From the NCBI GenBank assembly GCA_047967505.1, contig CM106538.1: DNA of 64,000 bases; one strand, written 5' to 3'. Below the pieces are notes generated by a model. It saw only the letters and a program-made list of their open reading frames with translations. It ran no database searches and was not told where the DNA came from. Shown here piece after piece: positions 49,990 to 61,172 of the stretch. Origin of the DNA: Dipteris shenzhenensis (Eukaryota). A program made the position numbers and the translations under genes. Position 1 is the stretch's first letter. Every line of letters starts with the position of its first letter.

Positions 49990-51600
49990 CTTTTAATGCC
50001 CGTACTTTCACATGATGTTCATAGAGAAGGCTATTGAATGGTTCGACCAATATCCAGATCATTATTTCAACACATGAAATGTGTTGAGGGAAGCTTATAA
50101 AGATATTTTAGCATGATTTCAACAAAGAAAAAATGATTTTGAAGCTCAACCAAATCAAGCAAAAGTCAAGAGAGATGGTGTATGACTCTGCTACACAAAT
50201 GAGTTCTCAATAATCAATTGACCACTACGTCCTCAAACAAAATAATGCTTTATTCATAGTTGTTGAGTAGCCTTTCCCAAGGATGCATATTTGAGGAATA
50301 TAAAATTCACAAATCTAATAGGAAAGTCTAACAAATTGTTGCACAAGGCAATTGTAATCCGATAAGGGGTTCATTAGTGAACCCAAAAGAAAGAAAAAGG
50401 TAGCCTTTATGGAAATTTGCAATAAGCCTCATCCCCAAATCAGATCATGCAAGAGCATCACCTTTATTATCGAATGTGGCTTTGAAAAAAAAAGCATGAT
50501 TAGAAAGAACCAAAGTATTGGACATTGATAGACACCCAAGACTTGCATTCTCATCCTAGACCACTGGAGACTAGGACAAGAGGTGATTTGAACGCTTGCC
50601 TCTCTTTTAGAGATTTAGATTCAAGCCTGAATGTCACCTAACATGTCTTTTAAATAGACTTCCATGCCACCATGTCCATATGGAAGCATTCATCAAAAAT
50701 TGAAAAGAACTAATCAATAAATGACTTAACAGATTATGCAAGGTCTCATGGCAAACATGGAAGCTTCAATGTGTTGGTTGGATTCCTTGTACATATTGTA
50801 AAAAGATAAGGTAAGATAATGGTTCACAAGGATGAGTCTATAATGGATAGATTAATCCACATCCTACTACAACTCCACTATGTAGCTATCAAGGCAAAAG
50901 ATTCATCAAATCCAATCTCTTGCTACTACATCTTCTAAACTTGGAACAAGCATGCCATGCTTCTTGCAATACGTAATCGGCGCTTATCACTTTCTCATAA
51001 CATAGAGGAGGCCTTCATTGAGAAACCTAGATACTTTTATTGAAAAAGTCCTTGGCTAACTCATGGTTTCATCATAAACTAGGGGTTAAGGCATGACTAA
51101 GGCAACATACAAAAGGCATGACTAATGGAGATAGGATATTTGGATGCCCTTCCTACCACCAAATTAAAGAGGGTTCCATCACCTCCTTCAAGATGGATTT
51201 AGCACCTTCTTGATTTATCAAAATACCAAATGACACCCTCCATTTAGAGATGACAAACACACCCATCTGCATAACACAACCTAATGTCTCACAAAGCCCT
51301 AGGACAATGATGAGGACAGCACAATGCAATGCCATCAACCAAATTATGTATGGACCAAAAGCCCAAATATAGTCCAAGAGCCTAGATGGACCAATACACA
51401 TGCCACTTCTACCTACAAAACAAGACATGGAGATCTCTATTTACAAGTTCACATTCTACCAAAGAGATGCGCATCAAAGCATCCACAAGACTAGCAATAT
51501 CGAGATGCACACCAACTCATCATAAGCAAGGGACTACTTTACTTCTTCAAGTATGGCTCATCATAGGAAGGGATTTGTTAAATTACCAATTACCAACCAA
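49990..51600 (+). mobile_element. Highly decayed gypsy-like RNase H/integrase remnant
   Basis: Only weak residual peptide traces (LMPVLSHD, DHYVLK, PRWT); many stops. Confidence 0.3.
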
Positions 51601-51626
51601 AACCAAAAAATACAATTAAAAGACAA

Positions 51627-52202
51627 TTGCCACACCTTCCCCAATCAAAAGTATAACTCTACATTTGGTAAATAAAGAGGTGCATTCACATAGAAATGAA
51701 GCACCTATCTGCTATATCAACTTATGTGGTCCACCCCAACCAGCATAATTACATTGTCCTTCAAAAGTATAGCTCTACATTTGGTAAATAAAGAGGTGCA
51801 TTCAAAGAGAAATGAAGCAACTATATATACCTTTGTAAGACTAGAATATGTCCAACCATACAAATTTAGAATTTTTGTTGTTCTAAAGTCCAAAAAGCTA
51901 CACAAAAATTAAAAGAAAAAATGAAAGAGAAGAAAAAAAAGGTAATAAAACTTTTTTGAATACAAAAGGATGACATACACAACAAGCAAAGCAACACTTA
52001 TGTCATCGTCAACGCCGCCCAAGCATAAGCAGCTATACTCGTTTTCTAAAGACCCGCGGAGTCTCTTGGGCAGACCCAATGCTTACTAAAATACGTCAAA
52101 TAAGAAAAAGAGAAAGAAAACAAGAAAGGAAGAAGAAAGAAAGAAGGTGACTATCAAAAAATAAACAAGCAAATCAAGAAACAAAATCTTCCAAAAAACA
52201 AG

Positions 52203-52253
<51 letters not shown>

Positions 52254-52825
52254 TTTGAGATTGAATCCTTTTGAGAAATTAAGGCAAAGGGCATAAGTTT
52301 TGGCAAAAGAGTTTACTTCTCATAAGACATTCTTAGTAAATTTTTTTGCAAATAAAAACAAACTCATTGGAACATTTGTCCACTTAAGAAATGACAAATT
52401 TCCTATGAAATTTTTAAAAAAGAGTTTCATCTTCTTTAGAAAGATGATTACTTTAATTTGAGCAATTAACGAAAGGGACGACTTCTAGTTTCAAAGCAAC
52501 TTTCTTCAAAATCTTCCCTTTCCATTCTAATAAGACATTTTGAACCCCTAAACTTTCTTCTATTTGCAAAGAAAACTTTGAGATTCCCTTATCAATAACT
52601 TTTAAAAGGAAAGACTCTTTAAAAGAGCACAATCAAAATTTCATGCCTTTCATGAAAAGGTCTCTTGTATAAACTCCACCTCAAAAGTTGCCACACCTTC
52701 CCAACTCAAAAGTATAGCTCGACATTTGGTAAATAAAGAGGCGCATTCAAAGAGAAATGACGCACATATCTCCATGTATCAACTTATATGATCCACCTCA
52801 ACCAGCATAATTACATCGTCCTTCA
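51627..52825. repeat. Dispersed direct repeat of ~135 bp (51627-51762 and 52688-52825, partial third copy at 51762-51820)
   Basis: TTGCCACACCTTCCC...AAAAGTATA.CTC.ACATTTGGTAAATAAAGAGG.GCATTCA is shared between copies. Confidence 0.8.
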
Positions 52826-53646
52826 CCTCAACAAAGTTCTACTTGGTCCTCTATCGTTGTGCTTTAATAATAGCAAGAGGGATTTAGGCTTTCCCTTTAT
52901 CTCATGGATCTTTTTTATATTTTGAAAGCCTCAATAGACTTTTCTTACTTTTTCTCACCTAAAGTAGTTTTTTGAGTAATATGCTCAACGCAAATTTTGG
53001 TATCACTGTCATTATTTTTCTTGTAATATTATCCTGCTTATTCCAATTTAAGATTGTGACCTTTATATACATGTCAATACGTTGAAAATATGATTTTTTT
53101 AGAATTACCTTTCAATTTGTCACATAGAAAGAGTCAAATCATGGATATGCTCACTTTGGAACTCTTTGCACCTCTCTACACCATGATCTAAACTTCCAAA
53201 CCAAATTGTTTTGCCTTTGATTTGTCCCTTTCTTTGGGAAAGTATAGCAAGGTAGAAGAGTATGAGGAGGCTCCCAATACACCCCAATTGAAAAAACCAT
53301 TGCACTCAGATAATGATTTCATAAACTATGCTAAATTGAAATGAAAATTAATTCATTGAAAAAGTATGGGTATATTGGTTTTATGATAAACTAGAGTGAC
53401 TAATTGAAACATGAAATTGAATTAAAATTGTCAATACTTTTCCTGCAATAATCTCAGACCGGGGTTGCAAACTTGTTTAATAAAACTTAAAGGGTTTTGA
53501 GCCTGCATAAGCTTGGATACTGTCAAAAGCCACTTTTGCTCTCATAAGATGAACTGGTAAAAGGTCCCAGATTGCTAGCAATCTAATGTGATAACCACTA
53601 GTGCACACTTCATGTTTATACCCAAATCTGTTATCAAATGGACTGG

Positions 53647-54527
53647 TTATTTCATGGCAGACTTTAGTCCCAGCTGATGCTTGTCTGCAGGAGATAGACC
53701 TACATCAACTAAGCAATACAGATCTCCCCGTCTCTGTTTTCCAAGTGGAATATTGAGTCTGCTCCATGCCCCCCACCCATTATAAGAACAAAGTTAGTAG
53801 CTGAAGAAGGAAAACTAAGATTACAGGACATGCATTTAGAGGCAGCTGTGAAATCATTGGCCTTACCTTCTTTCGTCTACTTGTGAATAGTCAATGTCTG
53901 CAAATATAGTCGCTTCTTTATGATCCGTCGTGGACAATATTTCCCCAAACTAGTCCATGACATTAATCGCCCATGTGAGAAGTTTTGGCACTACTCCTTA
54001 ATGCAATACATCAAGTCGCAAACATCTTTCTAATGACATTGCTAGAATGATATATCTATTCAATTGATCAATCAACAAATAGGAAATGAGGAAGGAAATA
54101 AAGACAAAATGCATACCGGCCCTACAACTGTAGAGTGACCCCATGCAACATACCCAGCAGTTGGATCTCTTGCTGGTGAGCAAGTAATCACATACAACTG
54201 CACAATTCTTAAAGTGTTAGTATGTAGAGTGCTTTCAAAATGGAGTATCCTATACCTAAGCTTTGAAGTTGCAAAAATGACTGCAGAACACGAACTACTG
54301 GCAGTCTCACCTGGTTATCAACCGCCCTGGAAATGTAAGAACCATCAGAACCAAAGGCAACCAAAGAAGCTAAAACTAGTGAGTTTTCCAAAACCAAATC
54401 AAGAATGATGTAGATTTCATCAGATATTCTAATAACATGCATTTTTACCTTGCCCTGGCTAACAGCTCCCAGTGAAGAGGCCCAGTAGTCATGTTGAAAG
54501 CTCCAGGATAACAGATCATGTGAGCAC
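53647..54527 (-). CDS. NLP3: Omega-amidase (nitrilase superfamily, NIT2/NLP3-type), last five coding exons; 5' exons not found in the window
   Basis: Exons 54527-54449, 54326-54311, 54197-54117, 53949-53867 and 53758-53647 (GT-AG, phase-consistent) splice to [101 protein letters not shown]. Confidence 0.95.
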
Positions 54528-55173
54528 CTGCCCAAAAATCCAAAGAATGCCTCAATATACCTATAGAGAAACATCCCAAGATCCAAAATTCCACTTCACC
54601 CACAGCCCTTCATATTCCTGTCCTCTGGTACAAAGTTCGACTGGCCCCTAATCAGATTGGATCACTCGGTGAAGAGATACAAAAGAGCTTTCCTACAATT
54701 ACTGGTTCCGTTAAGTGTATCCTTCCATACAACATTGAGTTCGATGGAATGTCTAGGAGAAGCCACGAACATGACTTAGAACAGATACTATGCAAAACAC
54801 ACAAAGACATCACCAGTTAACACACTTAGATGTACGGCAGGAATACAACATTGCTGCTGATGTCTTCTTACTTTGTAAAAACATTTGGACAATGTAACTG
54901 CATGAAAGACAGATTAGATCCAGCAAAAGAATGAGGTGTGATACACAAGGAGTCTAAAATCATTACTACAGACAGCACAGATAAAGTTGCAGTTCATGTT
55001 TGATCTCAACACAAAAAATACATGCCATGATATTGTCAGATGGCAGGTCGTGAAAGTCGACAGTTTCTAACAGACCAGCATTGTATGTCTTCAAATACAG
55101 TTCGAGTAAAAGGGAGCAAGAAAAGAACATGGATCTTGATATGTATACATGTGTATATGTATATGTAGAGATG

Positions 55174-55197
55174 TACACACACACACACACACACATA

Positions 55198-55255
<58 letters not shown>

Positions 55256-55266
55256 TGTGTGTGTGC
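55174..55266. repeat. (CA)n followed by (TG)n microsatellite
   Basis: Directly visible. Confidence 0.95.
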
Positions 55267-56487
55267 AACATACATATCCTTGCTCATAAGATAAAAATGA
55301 TGTTGCAATTCATGAAAGGTGATCATATATTACATGAGCTCTTAGGCTCTCTTTCTTGGCAACAAGCCACTTGTCAATTTCTACATTACTTTCCTAATTA
55401 CATGCCACTAAGGGCAACTCTGGAGTCTTCGAAGCACTTGGTCACGCGAACCGCCTCCTAGACTCTTGTTAGGCTTTATTGCGCTTAGGAAAATAACTCT
55501 TCCTAGTACCTGCAACAATTAATTAAAGCGCACCACCATGGTACCCATTAATTGTTAGCGCTTTGCATGCAAATAACACACTGTGGACTAATTCTAGTCA
55601 CGGTGGGCATCCCCACTGAACACATGTGCACACATAACAGATATAAAAATGTATATTTATTCTCTGGTTGACCGAAGTCAACGCTCTTGATCCTAATTAA
55701 GGAGCTTTGACCAACGGTCGAGGCACCTTAATTATAGTCAAGTCTCTCCAACCGAAGTTGGCACAACTCTCCAACTGAAGTTGGCACATCTTGGTTAACC
55801 ACAGTTAACCTTCTTAGGTTTACTGCCCTTTTTACCCTCCCTTTGAGTCGAGTTTTCCTGCTGTTTGCTGCTCTCTCGTTGTTGCTTGTCTCATACTTCC
55901 GTTCATAGTTGTTGCTCTGTACCTGTGAATTACTCTGAAACATACAACGGGTCAGGATGACCCTGTTCATGCCTCGCACGTGGCACAGTTGGTCTTTGAG
56001 TGATGCATGAGGGATTTGAAGATACAAGGATTGGAAGGATCCTGTCCCTACAGTAGGCATCATGGTAAAGGTTGATGAGATTGTGGATCCATTAGGATAT
56101 ATGCCAAAAATGCAATTATCACAGGATGCCAGTTGCAACCAACGTCAGGAATTGGCTGACGCGAAAAATGGGAGGATGCTTTGTTCAAAAGATACACTAT
56201 GCAGCTAGGGGGTTTTGGAAGTAATTATGACACATGAACAGCATAAGCAAATGCTTTTGGAGCACTCTCTTCTCTTTTATGGGCAGAAGATGGTACATGT
56301 TTTAGACGATCTTTTTACGAGCACAAGCATTGCTTTTCTTCAATCAACTAATCATAAATTGTTGCCAAGGCAACCCAATTGTCGCTTCACACTTGTCATC
56401 ACAACAAGTACCTTCTTCCAAAGGTTATAAAGCACCCCCCCATGAGAGGATTTTCCCAACACTCCTCTAGGGAGGATTACCACGATT

Positions 56488-57781
56488 CCAATGACTGCGT
56501 TAGAGCGAGGCGGTGGTTCGAGCGAGGACTTTTGTAAATTTTGACATTCTACTATGATTGTTTATGTTCAAAAGTAGCATGCACTGCTTACTTTTACGGT
56601 TGTTGTCCTACCCATGGTATTGAGTGATTGGTTATCTTACATAAAAACAACAATTTTAAAAAGTAATGTTTGGCGATGCTTTTTCAAGAGTCAAGGAAGG
56701 ACGGGTGGAAGAAAGTACAAGACAATTTTTTCATCTGCCATTGCCATTTTCAAGGCAAAAAATTTTAGGAGGAGAAGCCTTTCAAGAGACCGCGATATCG
56801 CGGCCTTCTGGAAGGCTACTCTTGCCAATCTTATTGTGGCCATAACTTGGGCGACAGGACTTCGAATATGGTCATGTTTGATATCGTGGCCTCCAGGAAG
56901 GCTCCTCCTGCCAATTTTATTTTGGCCATAACTTAGGCAACAAGACTTCGAATATGGTCATGTTTGTAGTCAAAACGATTTGAATGGAGCCATTTCTCAT
57001 GTTAGTGTGTCAAAATTCTACAACTTTTAGAAAGTTTTGTACTTATCTTTGTTTCATCAGAGCTAGACCTTATCAAACTCTATATTTTCTTCTTATGACC
57101 ATGGATTTTTCTCATATAGAGTTTGTGGGTCCTTGGTTTCCTCCCTCCATCCTAGAGGTGTATGGTCATATGAAGGTGATCCATATTTAGTTAGCATCAT
57201 GGTCACAAGGTAATCAATAATTTATAAGCTCCATAGTTTAAACATTTTACTCATGTGATCATTTTGTGTACAAAATGGATTCAATCATATGGGTAGCATA
57301 AAAATCGATGAGCTACAAATAGTTGTTTGTGGCGGATTTTACTAGGAGGAGCTTTGTTTGTATGTAGCTCCACATATAGAAAAAACCCTTCAACTCATGT
57401 GCTACCTTACATAATTTTGACCGACCTTCCCCAAGTGTAGACATTGTAGCATTTTCCCTTTTGTATCCATTGAAAGATTGCTAGCTTGCATGCATTTAAG
57501 ATATATCCAATAAGAAATTTTCTCTTTGTATGTTGCCAAGAATTTTTCCTTTAATATTCATTGAATGATTGCTCACTTGCATGGATTTATGATTTATCCA
57601 ATAATAGTTTTTATCTTTGTAAGTTGCCAAGAATCATACAAAAAATAAGTTAAAACAATCTCTAAATAGTGTCATGCAGATTCAACAATTTTTAGTAAAA
57701 ATTGATTGCTACTATAGTTTTAGACAAAGTTCCTTATGAGCATGGCTCGAACTGTAGGCTCGCTTGAATGCAGTCGCTCGA
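56488..57781. mobile_element. Possible non-autonomous TIR element (~1.3 kb)
   Basis: GACTGCGTTAGAGCGAGGCGGTGGTTCGAGC near 56493 is an imperfect inverted match to GCTCGAACTGTAGGCTCGCTTGAATGCAGTC near 57745. No clear TSD. Confidence 0.4.
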
Positions 57782-58525
57782 TGTTTCGACTTACTCTCCT
57801 CTGGGGGAATGCGAGAGAAATTGGAGAGTACATGCCTTAGTGCCTCAAAGAGGAGAAACAAGCTCTCTAATGCTCAGATAGAGAGACTTATTTTGTAGAA
57901 ATAACTTGTGTGCATCATGCACAAGTTTCAAAACCTTGCAGGTCCCATGCATGTAATATACTCTATAATATGTTTGAAATTTGAATCATAACACTTGGCA
58001 AGCCACTAGGACCCTGGTCTACCATCCTATAGGTATTGATTTTATCTATGTTTGCAAACCAATCCTGATATGATTGATGTCTTCAAAACTCCCAACTATT
58101 GATCGCACGATGCAAGAGTTGTAGACTAGGGCAAGCAATGGAAGCTCAGGAAATGAAGTGCTGGAGTCAAATACGGACTGCTGTAATGAATTGCTGCAAT
58201 GCTGAAATGAGTACAAAGTACACCCTATATGATGACACCTTAGGACAGGGAGTCCTAGTAGTACTAACTGTACTAAATTGTACATGACCTAACTGTACCA
58301 AGTGTTCTAACTACCTACAAGGCACATACCAAGGAATGGATGGCACCTATAGATAGCCCATAGAATGGTCTACAAACCCGCCTCCATGGCATGGGCTGAA
58401 GTATCCTGGACATGTCTCTGAATACCTAAAGAACTAATGTCATGGTTGCACATGTTCATCCTGCAGGCATATAGCAACCTATGACTGTACAAAGCATAAC
58501 ACATCAAGTTACAAAAGGACTAAGT

Positions 58526-60150
58526 TCAAAGCTTTCTTAGAAGAGCCATCGTAAAAAGACCTGGCAAGTTGTCTTCTGTGAGAACATAAGACAACTCAAT
58601 GTCACCTGCTAATAATTTCTCTATGACATAGTGATAGTGAACTTCAATATGCTTTGAGCCGACATGGAAAACTGGATTCCGTGCAATTGCCAAAGCACTC
58701 TGATTATCAGTGAAGATGACAGTAGGAGCAGTCTGACATACATGAAGATCTACAAGCAACTCCCGGAGCCAAACACACTCCACAGTAGCTGTAAAAGCTG
58801 CTCTATACTCAGCCTCACAACTAGAAGTAGCGACTGTAATTTGCATCTTGTGGAGCCAAGAGATGCATGAAGTATCAAGCATGAAACAGTTGCCACTATG
58901 TGACACGGATGTCGGAACAGTCATTCCAATCACTATCAACGAATCCATGCATGACAATTGAAGAATTGGCCTCATAGATAAGGCCCAAATGATGAGTGCC
59001 TTTGACATACTTGAAGACACGCTTCACGACCTACCAATGGTGTGTAGAGGAGCTATGCATATATCTTCTCAACTGTGAGACAGCATACTGAAGATCCGAT
59101 CTGCTATGGCAATAAGTAAATCAAACAACCAACTGCCTGCTGGTAGAGATTGACATCACATGCACCACCGCCATCCTCAAATGAGAAATGAAAACCAGGC
59201 TCTAATGGTGTGGATACTGGCTTGATATCCTCAAACTGAAAACGTTGCAAAAGCTGTCCAATGTACTTGGATTGTGACATCAAAATACCCACCTCACTGC
59301 TAGCAAATTGAATGCCCTGATAATAATGCAAAGACCAAGATCAGACATAGCAAATGCCTTCTGCAAGTCAAGCTTAAAAGCTGCAATTGTCCCAGTCACA
59401 AGCATGTCATCCACATAGAGTAGTAAAATCAGTAAATCTGTCCAACTCTTACGGATGTAAAGGATAGCCTCTGTAGGGCTATTCTAAAATATAAGACTTA
59501 ACAAATGAGCATGTATCCTAGAATACCAAGCCCAGGTTTATGTAACTTTCACCAAAGCTTCAAAGTTGAGGTGTCCAAACCTCTCATGCCATGAATGAGT
59601 ATCTGCCATGGTAGAAGCATCAACAACATAAGCATCTGCATCTGCAAGCCCATCATCAAATTTGTAGAGTCCTCTAGTCAATGTGCGAGTTAACCCCATA
59701 GTAAAGGCATGTGTAGCATCATAGACTGCACACCTACCTAACACCATCAAAGAGAACCTGATATCCACAAGTGTCGATGGCTGAAATGGATATGAGCTTT
59801 CTGCAAATGCCTGGTACATAAGGTACATTGTCTAGAGTGACTAGACCACCAAATACAAAAGTAATGGCAACTTGCCCAATGCCTTTTACTAAATAAGATG
59901 CATTATTGGCACATGTAACGGTCCCCCCCCTTTGGTGCATTTGCAAGTGAGCTGGATTAACTTCCTGCAAGAAGTGATGGCTTGCTAGCACCACTATCAA
60001 AGAACCAGGCATCAGAAACATCAAAAACTGTCATGCAGGCATCATGAATGTCAGCAGTGTACTGCCAACTAACAAGAAAATCCCAATGCTGATCATGTGC
60101 AAAATTAGCTGACTAAGTCGATCATCTCGACTAGGAGTACCAGAAACTGC
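58526..60150 (-). mobile_element. Decayed Ty1/copia remnant with the integrase core and RT start deleted
   Basis: WHERFGHLNF is joined at ~59538 directly to the RT interior (LLYVDDML), then YQQAVGCLIYL, ATSSCEAEY and HVGSKHIEVHYHY. Confidence 0.88.
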
Positions 60151-60162
60151 AAGACCAGACTA

Positions 60163-61140
60163 CTACTCCTCCATTTCAGATAAGAGCGACTCTCCGTCTG
60201 AGGGCCTGACTCTGGAGCTCTTGATTGATGAGTTGGATCCTCTCAGCCACCAAACCCGCCCAACCCTTGGGTCTACTCTCGGGCTGCCCCAGAGATTGGC
60301 TATCAACTGTTGAACGTCCGCCTCTTGGAAAAGAACATCTGAAATATGAACCCCTTTTTGGGGGAGTCTACGGTGGGGCTGCTCTAAGTGCAGGATGGCT
60401 GGATAATGGTCGGACATAGTGGTGCTTGCTAAAATACCAGTGGAGCCACCGCATAGTAAAGCCCAATCCCGATGTAGAATCTATCCAGACGCTCTAGTAG
60501 TCCATCCTATCTCCGCTGGCCAAAGGAGAACCGCAGGCTACCTGGGGTCCTAGAAAACTCAGACTCTCGCCACGGGTCCCTGCCATGGATCGCAAAGATG
60601 AACTGCTACCATGTACTCCTCTCCCCTACGGGCGTCTCTACAAAAGAGGCTCCTCCATGCTTATCCGCCAAGAACTCAAGATTATTGAAGTCCCCTCCAA
60701 CAATTCATGAGTCCACCTCTGGGAGGCAATCTGTGAGTTGTCACCAGAAAGCCGGGCGGTGTTGTCTGCATGCGGGTGTGTACACGCTCAAGACACCAAT
60801 CTGAGTCTCCTCTACCTGAAGGCCCATCTACACTGCGTGGCTTGGAATGAGTCCGCCCTGTGCAAAAATGTATGGGGCTACCGCCTAGGATGCTCAGATG
60901 CAGACCCCTCCGCTCTTGGCCATTGTTGGGGACCAAACCTTTGAGCCCCTCCCAGGGAGAAGATGGTGACGGCATGTGATGTCTGCTGCGGAGAGAATGT
61001 GCTCCTGGATCAAGAGAAAGTCCACTGGTCCACTTACTAGAGCCTGTTGCAAATCCTAACGGAGAATCAAGTGCTGCGGCTGATTGTGCACACGGTCATG
61101 AAGGCGATGCACATTCCAACTCACTACGGTCAAACTCATG
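60163..61140 (-). mobile_element. LINE (L1-like) ORF2 apurinic endonuclease fragment
   Basis: MSLTVVSWNVHRL, FLLIQEH, VGGDFNN, ERLDRFYI and SDHYP occur in the canonical order; frameshifted. Confidence 0.85.
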
Positions 61141-61172
61141 GTGAAGGGGCGGCATTGAACAAGGCTCGCCTA

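Noticed and set aside
54209-54586. 125-aa ORF as a standalone gene
   Set aside because: It is mostly intron sequence; only RAVDNQ is real coding sequence of the omega-amidase gene.
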